Shown here: in pieces, positions 34,554 to 43,997 of the stretch
How the letters are laid out: each line of letters begins with the position of its first letter
Numbering within the stretch: the stretch's first letter is position 1
DNA from: Clostridia bacterium
Lineage (GTDB): Bacteria > Bacillota > Clostridia > Christensenellales > CAG-138
DNA length: 64,000 nucleotides
Reading direction: 5' to 3'
Assembly: GCA_017538255.1 (NCBI GenBank)
Contig: JAFYJD010000006.1
Location: 78,885-142,884 of the forward strand
Notes under the pieces: model-generated
The model's input: only the letters and a program-made list of their open reading frames with translations
The model's database searches: none
What the model was told of the DNA's origin: nothing
Position numbers and translations under genes: made by a program

Positions 34554-36257
34554 ATGGACAGCGAAAAGAAAAACCCGACTTCGATAACACCCGGGGCAAA
34601 CAATCCCGAGAACACGTCGAAGTCCAACAAAAAAACGATCCGCGGTGAGGACAGGCCGTTTTTGAGCAAGGTCTCCGGGATCGCAAAAAAAACGGGGGCA
34701 GCGATAACGGACGCTGTTTCGTCCGCATCCGCGTTCTTTGCGCGCACCTTCACAAAGGGTGAGAACGCGAAAAATGAAGTCCACCTCGCCGACAAGGACG
34801 CCGTGCAGGCACCCCGCCCCGTACTTGCGAGCGAATCCGTCGGATTCTTGCTCGTGCCGGAGGAAGAATATTCGGAAATGTCTGAGACCGCCGAAGCGAA
34901 TGCGCCGGAGTTTACCGAGTACTTCGACGGCGAGTTGTCCTATGCCGACAGGCGTAGGATATTCGCGCTTGAAAACGCCTCAAAACCCGAAAAACTGGAC
35001 TTTTCCTCGTCAGCCGCGGAGAGCACGCACGATGCTTACGATCCCGAATTCGACGACTTGCACGTAACCAGGCCGCGCGAACATCTCCCCGCCGAGAAAC
35101 AGGAGTTTAAAGAAAGATTCAAAAAAAGTATGAACATTTTCTGGAAAATATGGACCTATGTCCGTATACCGATCATCATCGCGGCGACCTGCCTCATCCT
35201 ATATTTCGCCGGAAGCAAGGCGCTGAACAAGATCAACAGGAGTTTTCTGCAACCCGTTGATGCAAACGATTCGACGCCCGTCGTCGTTACGATACCAACG
35301 GGCAGCGGCGCTTCCGAGATAGCGAAGATACTCTACGAAGCCTGCGGCGAAGGCCAGAAGGGGCTCATATCACACAAAGCCGTTTTTAAAGTCTATGTTG
35401 ACTTTATCGGCAAATCCAGCCGACTTCAGGCGGGCACCTACGTGCTTTCCAAAAATATGAGCATACCCGACATAGTCGACACGATCTGCCGCGGCATGCC
35501 CCCACGCGAAGTCAGGAAGATGCAGATCGCAGAGGGTATGACCATCGAGTCCATAGCCGCCAAACTCGTTGCGGACGGCATTCTGCAAACCCCCGACCGC
35601 TTCCTCGAACTCTGCAGAACCGGCGAATCGTTCATCGACGATCACCCGTTTATAAACGATATCCCCGATGATCCTACGGGCGAACGGCCGTATAAACTCG
35701 AAGGCTTCCTCTTCCCCGCCACCTACGATATTTATGTGGACGCCAACGAGGAAACGATCATAGATAAGATGCTCTTGCGTTTTGAACAGATCTACGGCCC
35801 GAAGTATACCGCACGCACCAAGGAACTGGGTCTGACGATGTACGATATCGTCATCCTCGCTTCCGCGATAGAAAAGGAAGCAAAGCTCAAGGTCGATCCG
35901 AACAACGATTTTCGCAAGGTCGCCGCGGTATTCTACAACCGCATCGAACGCAATATGAACCTTGCATCCGATGCAACGATCGAATACGTGCTCAAAACCG
36001 GCTCGCTCCACTTGACCGATGATCAACTTGCCACGCAGTCGGGCTACAATACGCATCTCAACTCCGGCCTGCCGATCGGACCCGTTTCCAACCCCGGCGA
36101 TGCCGCGCTCAACGCCGCGCTCTACCCGAATGCCGAGTACATAACCGACGGTTACCTCTTCTTCTGTCTTATGAATCCCGATAACGGCGCGCTTGTGTTC
36201 GCAAAGACCCTTGAAGAACACAACGCGAATGTGGCGAAGTACAGCCCGCGTTGGTAA
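34554..36257 (+). CDS. mltG: Endolytic murein transglycosylase MltG (YceG-like) with a long N-terminal cytoplasmic extension
   Basis: TM helix at ~aa 195. LQAGTY and ILASAIEKEAK catalytic-Glu region. C-terminal YNTHLNSGLPIGPVSNPG. Confidence 0.85.
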   Translation: MDSEKKNPTSITPGANNPENTSKSNKKTIRGEDRPFLSKVSGIAKKTGAAITDAVSSASAFFARTFTKGENAKNEVHLADKDAVQAPRPVLASESVGFLLVPEEEYSEMSETAEANAPEFTEYFDGELSYADRRRIFALENASKPEKLDFSSSAAESTHDAYDPEFDDLHVTRPREHLPAEKQEFKERFKKSMNIFWKIWTYVRIPIIIAATCLILYFAGSKALNKINRSFLQPVDANDSTPVVVTIPTGSGASEIAKILYEACGEGQKGLISHKAVFKVYVDFIGKSSRLQAGTYVLSKNMSIPDIVDTICRGMPPREVRKMQIAEGMTIESIAAKLVADGILQTPDRFLELCRTGESFIDDHPFINDIPDDPTGERPYKLEGFLFPATYDIYVDANEETIIDKMLLRFEQIYGPKYTARTKELGLTMYDIVILASAIEKEAKLKVDPNNDFRKVAAVFYNRIERNMNLASDATIEYVLKTGSLHLTDDQLATQSGYNTHLNSGLPIGPVSNPGDAALNAALYPNAEYITDGYLFFCLMNPDNGALVFAKTLEEHNANVAKYSPRW

Positions 36258-36261
36258 CGGT

Positions 36262-36945
36262 ATGAGTTTTAACGGATTTTACAAAGAAACATTTGAGTTT
36301 TTGTTTGAGATTGCGTTCAACAACAATGTGGAATGGTTTTCTCAAAATAAAAAACGCTACGAAAAGTACGTGCGCGCCCCGATGCGCGAACTTTGCACGG
36401 CGCTGATGCCGCACGCGCTTGAGATCGACCCGAACTTTAATCCGAACATCACAACGAGCGTTTCGCGGATCCGGCGCGACACCCGCTTCACCTATGACAA
36501 ATCGCCGTTTCGCAACCACGTTTGGATCGGCTTCCGCTACCCAAAAACGAGGATCAGCGAGAGCAGTATCATCTATTTTGAGATCACTCCCGAGGGTTAT
36601 TCGTACGGATTTGGGCTGTATATGTCCTCGACGGAGTTTATGAACGCATACAGGCGGCGCGTTCTGGCGGATCCCGAAGGGTTTCTTGCCCTTGCAAAAA
36701 AACTCGAAAAGTCCGGCTTTTATCTTGACGCGGAGAGTTATAAGCGCGACCGTTTCAAGGACGCGCCCGATAACCTCAAAAAGTATCTGAACATCAAATA
36801 CCTCGGTTGGGGAAAGCGTTTTTCTGGCGTTAATGACATAATCGCGCCCTGTGATATTGAAGACAGGCTCATCAAGGAGATGAGGTTGATGAAACCTATG
36901 TACGGGTTCATTCGCTCGATACAGCGCACCGTTCAAGGAGATTGA
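36262..36945 (+). CDS. DUF2461 (TIGR02453) family protein
   Basis: FNGFYKETFEFLFEIAFNNNVEWFSQNKKRYEKYVRAPM...RIRRDTRFTYDKSPF pattern. Start set to ATG 36262, just after the mltG stop. Confidence 0.75.
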   Translation: MSFNGFYKETFEFLFEIAFNNNVEWFSQNKKRYEKYVRAPMRELCTALMPHALEIDPNFNPNITTSVSRIRRDTRFTYDKSPFRNHVWIGFRYPKTRISESSIIYFEITPEGYSYGFGLYMSSTEFMNAYRRRVLADPEGFLALAKKLEKSGFYLDAESYKRDRFKDAPDNLKKYLNIKYLGWGKRFSGVNDIIAPCDIEDRLIKEMRLMKPMYGFIRSIQRTVQGD

Positions 36946-36946
36946 T

Positions 36947-37471
36947 ATGAAAAAGTTTTTGATTGTTGTGGATATGCAGAAAGATTTTGTGGACGGCGCT
37001 CTCGGAAGTGAAGAGGCGCGCGCCATAATACCCAATGCCGTCAAAAAGATAGAGAGTTTTACTGGCGATATCTTTGTTACGTTCGACACGCATTTTGACG
37101 ATTATCTCGATACCGCCGAGGGCAAAAAACTGCCCGTCAAGCATTGTGTCGTCGATACCGAAGGCTGGCAGTTGAACGACGATATCCTAAGCGCGCTCGC
37201 GGGCAGGGTGTTCGTGCCCGTGCGCAAACGCACGTTCGGGTCCGTCGAACTCGGCCTGCTCATCGCGCAAGCGTCGGGCGGTGAAAAGTTTTCGATAGAA
37301 CTGATCGGGCTCTGCACTGATATCTGCGTCGTATCAAACGCTTTGCTTTTGAAAGCGTTCTTTCCCGAAGCGCAGATCAGCGTGGACAGTACCTGCTGCG
37401 CTGGCGTTACCCCCGCCCTGCACGAAGCCGCGCTCGAAACTATGCGCAGCTGCCATATAGATGTGCATTGA
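36947..37471 (+). CDS. Isochorismatase-family cysteine hydrolase (nicotinamidase-like)
   Basis: LIVVDMQKDFVDGALG and LIGLCTDICV (catalytic Cys) motifs, 174 aa. Confidence 0.8.
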   Translation: MKKFLIVVDMQKDFVDGALGSEEARAIIPNAVKKIESFTGDIFVTFDTHFDDYLDTAEGKKLPVKHCVVDTEGWQLNDDILSALAGRVFVPVRKRTFGSVELGLLIAQASGGEKFSIELIGLCTDICVVSNALLLKAFFPEAQISVDSTCCAGVTPALHEAALETMRSCHIDVH

Positions 37472-37871
37472 ATCAAAAAAATCAAAAACCACCGAAAGCG
37501 GCGGCAATGCGAAGAGCCGCCGTTTTCCCGTTCGTCCGCTTGACGCGGTCATAATCGCCGCCGTCGTTTTACTGAGCCTTGCACCGCTTCTTTTGTTTTC
37601 ACGCGGGACGCAGGACACGGTGGTCGTCAGTTGGCACGGCAATGAGATATATCGAGGCAAACTCTCCACACCGGCGCGCATCACAACCCCCGACGGGCTC
37701 AATACGATAATCGTCGAAAACGGTGAAGTCCGTATGCTTGAAGCGTCCTGCGCCGACCGCATCTGCGTATTTTCCGGCAAGGCGACGCCCGCGCATCCGA
37801 TCATCTGTCTGCCGAACCAGGTGGTCATAACCGTTATCGGCTCCGATGAGGCGGACAGCGTATCGTGGTAG
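37461..37871 (+). CDS. NusG domain II-containing membrane protein
   Basis: One TM helix, then VVVSWHGNEIYRG...NTIIVENGEVRMLEASCADRICV...ICLPNQVVITV, typical of NusG_II proteins. Overlaps both neighbouring genes. Confidence 0.65.
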   Translation: MCIESKKSKTTESGGNAKSRRFPVRPLDAVIIAAVVLLSLAPLLLFSRGTQDTVVVSWHGNEIYRGKLSTPARITTPDGLNTIIVENGEVRMLEASCADRICVFSGKATPAHPIICLPNQVVITVIGSDEADSVSW

Positions 37872-38404
37872 CGTTTGCAAACAATAACAGTTTGACGCGG
37901 CGCATAACGCTCTGCGCACTGATAACCGCTGCCGCCGTCATAGTGCACAGCGTTGAGGCGCTCCTGCCCCCGCTCGTGCCCGGCGTGCCGATAAAACTCG
38001 GGCTTGCGAATGTGTTTACTTTGATCGCGCTTATTATGCTCGGCGCACGATACGCGCTTATAACCGCCGTGCTTCGATGCATCATCGCGGTGCTGATAAC
38101 CGGCGCTGTTTCGCGCCTTCCGTACTGTTTGACGGGCGCGATACTGTCGTTTGCGGTTATGTGGCTTATGGAAAAGCCGCGAAGATCCGATCGCATATCC
38201 TGCGTCGGTCAGAGCGTGCTCGGCTCGTTTACGTTCAACGTCGGTCAGATCGCCGTCGGCATTTTGATCGTCGGAAGGGCGATGATCGCCTATTTCCCGC
38301 TGATGAGCCTTATCTCCGTGCCGACGGGCATATTTACCGGGCTCGTCGCGCACTATTCGTTAAAAACACTTATGAGGACTGACTATGGATACCGAAAGAT
38401 CTAA
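37865..38404 (+). CDS. Gx transporter family protein (Hpre_diP_synt_I-like membrane protein)
   Basis: Polytopic protein with HSVEALLPPLVPGVPIKLGLANVFTL. GTG start overlapping the upstream stop. Usual partner of NusG_II proteins. Confidence 0.65.
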   Translation: MVAFANNNSLTRRITLCALITAAAVIVHSVEALLPPLVPGVPIKLGLANVFTLIALIMLGARYALITAVLRCIIAVLITGAVSRLPYCLTGAILSFAVMWLMEKPRRSDRISCVGQSVLGSFTFNVGQIAVGILIVGRAMIAYFPLMSLISVPTGIFTGLVAHYSLKTLMRTDYGYRKI

Positions 38405-39599
38405 ACGCGCGGAACTTCTTGCTCCCGCCGGCAATATGGAGCGGCTCAAAACCGCAATACAGTTTGGTGCGGATGCTGTCTACCTTGGTACGACCGCCTT
38501 CTCACTTCGCAATATGGCTGACAATTTTACGCTCGAAGAGGTGCGCGAAGCCGTTGAATACGCTCACGCACGCGGCGTGAAGATCTATATCACCGTGAAC
38601 GCCTTTATGCGCGACAAAGAACTTGAAACGCTTCCCGAAACGCTCAAAGCACTCGATGACGCGGGCGTTGACGCGCTGATCATCAACGATCCCTCCGTCA
38701 TACTGACTGCAAAGCGCGTTGCCCCGCGCCTTGCGCTGCATCTCAGCACACAGGCGAACACGCTCAACTCCGAAGCCGCGCGTTTTTGGCACGAGCATGG
38801 CATCGAGCGGATCGTGCTCGCTCGGGAACTCACGCTTTCGGAGATACGCGAGATGCGAGAAAAACTGCCCGAAACGCTCGAACTTGAAGCGTTCGTGCAC
38901 GGTGCGATGTGCGTCAGTTATTCGGGAAGGTGCCTCTTGAGCAATTACATCGCTGGGCGCGACAGCAACAAAGGCGAATGCGTTCAGCCCTGCCGCTGGA
39001 GTTATGAGGTGCGCGAGCGCGGCTCAAACGGCGAATACTTTACGCTCATATCCGAAAAAGATGGCAGTTATATTATGAACTCCCGCGATATGTGTATGGT
39101 GGAGCATCTTGACGAGATCATCGATTCAGGCATCATCAGTTTAAAGATAGAGGGACGGATGAAGTCTATACTATATGTTGCAACGGTTGTGAACGCATAC
39201 AGGATGGCGCTCGACGGCGCGGATATGAAAACCGTTATGGACGAGCTCGACCGCATCAGCCACCGACCATATACTACGGGATTTATGCTTGACAACGGCG
39301 CGGAACTTATGGCTTCCGATGACGGCGGCTACATTCAGGACTACCGAATCGCGGCGGTAGTGCTCGACTACGATGCAGAGCGCGGTATAGCGCATATCGA
39401 ACAGCGCAACCGATTCTTTGACGGGGATGAACTAAGCATACTCTCCCCCGGCGATGTATCAAGGCGTTTTAAGGTTTGCGGCATCAAAAACGAGGACGGC
39501 GAAGCGCGGGACGGCGCGCCGCACCCCTGCCAAAGGCTGTTCATCGGCTGCAGCGAGATGTTGCAGCGCGGCGACATACTGCGACAGTTGAACTCATAA
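38385..39599 (+). CDS. Peptidase U32 family protein
   Basis: ELLAPAGN N-terminus and the U32 signature EAFVHGAMCVSYSGRCLLS. Confidence 0.85.
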   Translation: MDTERSKRAELLAPAGNMERLKTAIQFGADAVYLGTTAFSLRNMADNFTLEEVREAVEYAHARGVKIYITVNAFMRDKELETLPETLKALDDAGVDALIINDPSVILTAKRVAPRLALHLSTQANTLNSEAARFWHEHGIERIVLARELTLSEIREMREKLPETLELEAFVHGAMCVSYSGRCLLSNYIAGRDSNKGECVQPCRWSYEVRERGSNGEYFTLISEKDGSYIMNSRDMCMVEHLDEIIDSGIISLKIEGRMKSILYVATVVNAYRMALDGADMKTVMDELDRISHRPYTTGFMLDNGAELMASDDGGYIQDYRIAAVVLDYDAERGIAHIEQRNRFFDGDELSILSPGDVSRRFKVCGIKNEDGEARDGAPHPCQRLFIGCSEMLQRGDILRQLNS

Positions 39600-40971
39600 G
39601 GCGCTTTTGCTGCCGACCATTCGTTATCGGCCGATTTTTTCTTTTCAGAATATGGAAAAGATAGCCGTTTGAGAGCGCAAAACGCAGACCCTCTCCCGCA
39701 CACATAGCGATCAGATACCCGTAGATGTGGAGGCTTTTTACTGACGTTAAGGCGAGTATCAGCGCAAGCTGCACCGTTTCGCCTATCAGCGCGAACACGA
39801 ACACGTGCTTTTGCTTCATCATTCCGTTCATTACCGCCGACGCCGTTGCCTGAAGATAGATGAAACCTGCCTTTATGCTCAGAAGCAAAAAGCATAAGCG
39901 CGTCGGCTCAACGCCGAATACGGCGCGCGAGATCGAGCCCATACTCCATAAAAGCGGCAGATTATAGACTATCAGCGCGGCAAGCGACGCTGCCTGCGCT
40001 TTTTTTGTTATTCTTATGAGCGCCCGTCCATCCTCGTTAGCGCTTGCGCGCGCCGCTTTGGGCATAATAACGACTGCGACTGCGCCGACGAATATCATCG
40101 GCAGCATCACGAGCGGTATCGCGGACGAGCCAAGCACGCCTATCGCGCTCAATGCCTCCGACCTCGTATAGCCCGCTTCGACAAGGCGCGACGGCAGCAT
40201 CAGCGAAGCGGCGGACGCAAATATCGTGCCGCAGAGCGCCGTGCCCTGCGCGGGAAGCAGTATTTTTATCAGTTCAGACAGCACTTCGCGCCGATCCCCG
40301 CTCGGCGCTTTACAGGGCACTATATAGTGCTTTTTATACGAAACGGAGAGAAAGCCGACGCTTACGAACTCGCTTAACAGCATACCGAGCATAATAAGGC
40401 TTGCGAGTTTGCCCGCCGCACCGCTGTGCGCGAGTTTTATCAGCGTGAACACCGCGATGAGACGCGCCGTCTGCTCCATAAGTTCCGACGCCGCTGTGCG
40501 TGCTTCCCTTCCGCTCGCGATATGCATGGATTTTAGGATGTTTTCGATCCCCGTCATAAAGATACAGCCGAGGGTCAGCGCGATCGCGCCCGCCGCGCCC
40601 GCGTCGCCGATAACGCTGAAAGCGATGCGCCGCCTTAAAACGAATACGGGCAGCGCACAGAGTCCAAAAAGAACGATGAACGCGCCCAGCGCGCAGCGGG
40701 TGATACGGCGCAGTTTTTTGACTTCGCCGCATCTTGCCGTCAATGTGATTACGGCAACGTTTAGTCCCGAAATGCATACAGAAACCATCAGCGAATACAC
40801 CTGCATAACGAGCGATTGAAGCCCGAGCGCCTCGCTGCCCGCGATGCGCAGGAGCATCCCCCGATAGATGAACGCTATAAGTTGAAGCACGGCGTTTGAG
40901 CCCGTCAGAATAAGGACACGCCGCGCCGTGTTCGTATCCGTTTTGCGAAAAGTATAAGAAAAAGCCCTCAT
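39541..40971 (-). CDS. MOP-superfamily flippase (polysaccharide biosynthesis / SpoVB-MurJ-like)
   Basis: 476 aa and about 12-14 TM helices, with an N-terminal pattern typical of polysaccharide biosynthesis/SpoVB proteins. The basic C-terminal tail overlaps the convergent U32 gene by 59 nt. Confidence 0.6.
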   Translation of the reverse strand: MRAFSYTFRKTDTNTARRVLILTGSNAVLQLIAFIYRGMLLRIAGSEALGLQSLVMQVYSLMVSVCISGLNVAVITLTARCGEVKKLRRITRCALGAFIVLFGLCALPVFVLRRRIAFSVIGDAGAAGAIALTLGCIFMTGIENILKSMHIASGREARTAASELMEQTARLIAVFTLIKLAHSGAAGKLASLIMLGMLLSEFVSVGFLSVSYKKHYIVPCKAPSGDRREVLSELIKILLPAQGTALCGTIFASAASLMLPSRLVEAGYTRSEALSAIGVLGSSAIPLVMLPMIFVGAVAVVIMPKAARASANEDGRALIRITKKAQAASLAALIVYNLPLLWSMGSISRAVFGVEPTRLCFLLLSIKAGFIYLQATASAVMNGMMKQKHVFVFALIGETVQLALILALTSVKSLHIYGYLIAMCAGEGLRFALSNGYLFHILKRKNRPITNGRQQKRLMSSTVAVCRRAATSRCSR

Positions 40972-41019
40972 AGTAGATGATACTGCATAAGGGCTCGATG
41001 AATGCGTTTTTAACTAACT

Positions 41020-41745
41020 TTATCTGTCCTTTTGAGGATTATAGATCTTGTGCCTGTACCAGAACGCCTCGTCCATTGACAAAACGAGTATATCGGTAGC
41101 GCCTCCGCAGGTCGCGACCTTCATCTCAAAGCGCTGAGCCTTTACCGTCGTGTCTATCAAGAACTCCGCAAAATCCACCGCGTCGCGCAGAGGCATAAAA
41201 AGCTGATTCACGAGCATAGGCGGGTTGCCGTTCAAAAGTTTGGTTATTATTGCCTGTTCGCCCGACCAGATCGACGCATAGCGCGGTTTGCCGTTTTCGA
41301 TATTGCTGCGTTTGATCTCCTTTCCGACGCTGTAAACGAACTGCTCGTCCCCATCATAGCCGCAGACGAAGAAGTTGATCTGCGGGAACAGTTCGCGCGC
41401 GTATTCATGCAGTTTTTCGGCAACGCTCGATACGGGGTCGCCAACGTTCACCTTCTCCGTTTCAAAAGCGCGAATATAATCCGAAACCGGTCTGCCCTTG
41501 ATGATTCCCAAACCGCAGGCTGAGATGCCGACGCGCACCTTTTTCAAAAGCAATATCTTTTGCGCGTTATCGGTCTGGTTTATCAGCTGCATAGGCTTTT
41601 GATCGGGTCTGTTCATAGCGTTTAGCACGCGCGTTTCCGTCTGCGTTATCGGCTGCTGCGCCACCTGCGTAAACCCAAGCGTTTGGCGGCTGTCCGAAGC
41701 GAGGACTATACCGTCGGGCACGAATACCGCACACATAATAGACAT
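41020..41745 (-). CDS. Proteasome beta-subunit-like Ntn-hydrolase fold protein (candidate N-terminal Ser nucleophile)
   Basis: MSIMCAVFVPDGIVLASDSRQT aligns with archaeal beta TTTVGITLKDAVIMATERRVT. The later blocks also match: AQKILLL, GISACGLG, FFVCGYDGDEQFVYSV, YASIWSG, GGATDILVL. Start set to ATG 41745 with AAAGGAGA 7 nt upstream, not 41787. Confidence 0.55.
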   Translation of the reverse strand: MSIMCAVFVPDGIVLASDSRQTLGFTQVAQQPITQTETRVLNAMNRPDQKPMQLINQTDNAQKILLLKKVRVGISACGLGIIKGRPVSDYIRAFETEKVNVGDPVSSVAEKLHEYARELFPQINFFVCGYDGDEQFVYSVGKEIKRSNIENGKPRYASIWSGEQAIITKLLNGNPPMLVNQLFMPLRDAVDFAEFLIDTTVKAQRFEMKVATCGGATDILVLSMDEAFWYRHKIYNPQKDR

Positions 41746-41797
41746 AATCTTATCTCCTTTTGATTGTTGTATTTTTGATGATCGCACCGAGTTTTCA

Positions 41798-42298
41798 TCA
41801 AAGCGTTTTTTCAGCCAAGAGTACCGTCCACCCGTCGCGGTCGATCTCTTTTATAACTGAAAAACCGTTCTTTTTCCAGAAATTGGTGGATTGCGGATTT
41901 GCCTTGTCGCTGCCAAGCCGTATCGCACTTATGCCTACCGTTTTCAGATACGCCGCGCACTCTTTGATAACGGAACTGCCTATCCGCCGCCCTTGAAGCG
42001 CTTTTTTCATCATAAAAAAGCCGATAAAAGCAACATCCGGCTTCGGATAGCCGTCAATCAGATCCATCACGGCTATCAGGTCGTCATCTTGAAAAAACCC
42101 GATGTAGTATTTATCCTGCACGCTTATGCCGGGCGGCGTGATGCTCATATCGTTAAGCACCTGCTCCTTTGTCGGCCTCGCTTCGCAGTATTCATAAAAC
42201 TGCGTGTTTTCCATACAAAGCCGAAGCACGGCATCCGCGTCCGAATTGTTCAGTTTGCGAACGGCATAATGCTTGCTTAACAGCGATAGATCCATCAT
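41798..42298 (-). CDS. GNAT family N-acetyltransferase
   Basis: LQGRRIGSSVIKE acetyl-CoA motif, 166 aa. The GAGGTG RBS lies inside the end of the upstream gene. Confidence 0.75.
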   Translation of the reverse strand: MMDLSLLSKHYAVRKLNNSDADAVLRLCMENTQFYEYCEARPTKEQVLNDMSITPPGISVQDKYYIGFFQDDDLIAVMDLIDGYPKPDVAFIGFFMMKKALQGRRIGSSVIKECAAYLKTVGISAIRLGSDKANPQSTNFWKKNGFSVIKEIDRDGWTVLLAEKTL

Positions 42299-42301
42299 AT
42301 T

Positions 42302-43996
42302 TCACACCTCATCCGCATAGATGCACGCGCCGAGCAGTCCTGCGTCGTTCCCGAGGACAGCGATCACGATTGGCGTAGGCTCTCGGAAGAACGAGCCCAC
42401 GTCCACCTTGCGTCTTATCGATTCGATCAAAAACTCGCCCGCGCCGCTGAGTCCGCCTCCGATCGCTATGCGCTCGGGATCGATGATGTTTATGTACGAT
42501 GCGAGCGCGCCCGCGAGGTTGTCCGTGTATTCTTCCCATACGTCGACGGCGGCCTTTTCTCCGCGCTTGACGGCGGATATGAGCGTTTTTGCGTCCGCAT
42601 CCGCACCCAAAACCGCCCTCGCCCTTGCGTCGAGATACGAGGCGGAGCAGAACGTTTCTATGCAGCCCGTTCTGCCGCAGGTGCAGGCGGGGCCGCGTCT
42701 GTCCGTCTGTATATGCCCCGCTTCAACGCCCTTTCCCCTGCCTCCTAAAAACACGCGCCCGTTGATTATCAGCCCAACTCCGATGCCCGTGCCAACGGTT
42801 ATGAGCATAGAGGTGTCGGTGCCCGCGAGCGCGCCGAGTTTCATCTCCGCAAGTGCCGCCGCGTCCGCGTCGTTGACAAGGGCAACGGGCTTGTTGAATC
42901 TTTTTTGAACAAGACTTCTGAACGGCGAATCGTGCAAACCGAGGTTATGCGCGTCCACCACCACCCCGCGTGAAGTGTCCACGCTTCCCGGGATGCAGAC
43001 GCCGACCGAGGCGACCTTCTCCTTGTCCTCGCCGCACTCGCACATCAGCGAGAGCGCCTGATCGTAGAGCCGTTGGGCAATGCTCTCATCCGATACCTTT
43101 TCAAACGGCTGCGAGGATTTTTTGATTATCCTATTGTCCTTTACGAGCCCGCAGACGATATTAGTTCCGCCTATGTCAAAGCCGAGTTTGAGTTTGCCGC
43201 GCGTCAGCACATAGTTTTCGATGAAGTACGCGACGCCGTCGTTTTCGCTCGAAGGCACGATCGCATCCGCGATACGTTTCAGTTCTTCGTTCCCGTTTTC
43301 GACGACCGCGCCAATACCCGCGTATTTGATCATTTCGCTATCGAGCGTATTGTCGCCTATCGCCGCGGTCTCCTCTTTCTTGATGCCGAGGTGATCGGCG
43401 ACCCATTCAATCGCCGTGCCCTTGTTTGCACCGAGTTTATTGAACTCAATGAAGCCAGGGCTCGACGCGGAAACGCAGACGCGCCCCTCAAAGCGTTTTT
43501 TGAATACGGGAAGCAGTTCGCTTACGCGCTCGGGCTCCGTGATTATCAGCGCCTTCGGCACGTTGCGCCAAGTCTTTTTTCGGATCTCGGGATCAACCGT
43601 ATATGGCAGATCCAGCGCACGCGTGTATTTTTCGGCATAGGGATGCGGCCTCTCCGAAACAATACCGTCGCCTTGATAGATATGCGCGTGAAGACCCAGT
43701 TCATCGGCATAATCGAGTATCTCGATTATCGCGCCGCTGTCGAGTTCGGTCGCCATAACGCTTTTGTGGGTCCTTGTGTCGTTTATGACCGCGCCGCCGT
43801 AGTTGACGATCAGCGTATCGACGCCGAGTTCCTTTACGATCCGCGACGCGCCGAGATACCCGCGCCCTGTTGCGAGCATAACATACACGCCCGCTTTACG
43901 CGCAAGTTCGATCGCTCTTAAATTGTTTTTTGATACCGATCCGCCCCTTGTTATCAGCGTATCGTCGATATCGAGCGCAAGAAGTTTAACAGCCAT
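42302..43996 (-). CDS. Fusion protein: Cof-type HAD-IIB phosphatase (N) + ROK-family sugar kinase (C)
   Basis: N-terminal half: LALDIDDTL (DxD) and IGDNTLD motifs. C-terminal half: FDIGGTN, plus the ROK zinc motif GHIQTDRRGPACTCGRTGCIETFCS. Confidence 0.8.
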   Translation of the reverse strand: MAVKLLALDIDDTLITRGGSVSKNNLRAIELARKAGVYVMLATGRGYLGASRIVKELGVDTLIVNYGGAVINDTRTHKSVMATELDSGAIIEILDYADELGLHAHIYQGDGIVSERPHPYAEKYTRALDLPYTVDPEIRKKTWRNVPKALIITEPERVSELLPVFKKRFEGRVCVSASSPGFIEFNKLGANKGTAIEWVADHLGIKKEETAAIGDNTLDSEMIKYAGIGAVVENGNEELKRIADAIVPSSENDGVAYFIENYVLTRGKLKLGFDIGGTNIVCGLVKDNRIIKKSSQPFEKVSDESIAQRLYDQALSLMCECGEDKEKVASVGVCIPGSVDTSRGVVVDAHNLGLHDSPFRSLVQKRFNKPVALVNDADAAALAEMKLGALAGTDTSMLITVGTGIGVGLIINGRVFLGGRGKGVEAGHIQTDRRGPACTCGRTGCIETFCSASYLDARARAVLGADADAKTLISAVKRGEKAAVDVWEEYTDNLAGALASYINIIDPERIAIGGGLSGAGEFLIESIRRKVDVGSFFREPTPIVIAVLGNDAGLLGACIYADEV

Positions 43997-43997
43997 A

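Noticed and set aside
39541-39599. 59-nt convergent overlap of the U32 peptidase and flippase 3' ends, considered as a sign of a frameshift or an antisense regulation device
   Set aside because: The flippase tail is a low-complexity basic extension that could simply reflect a late stop. There is no evidence of disruption in either gene. Noted, but not interesting enough to report.
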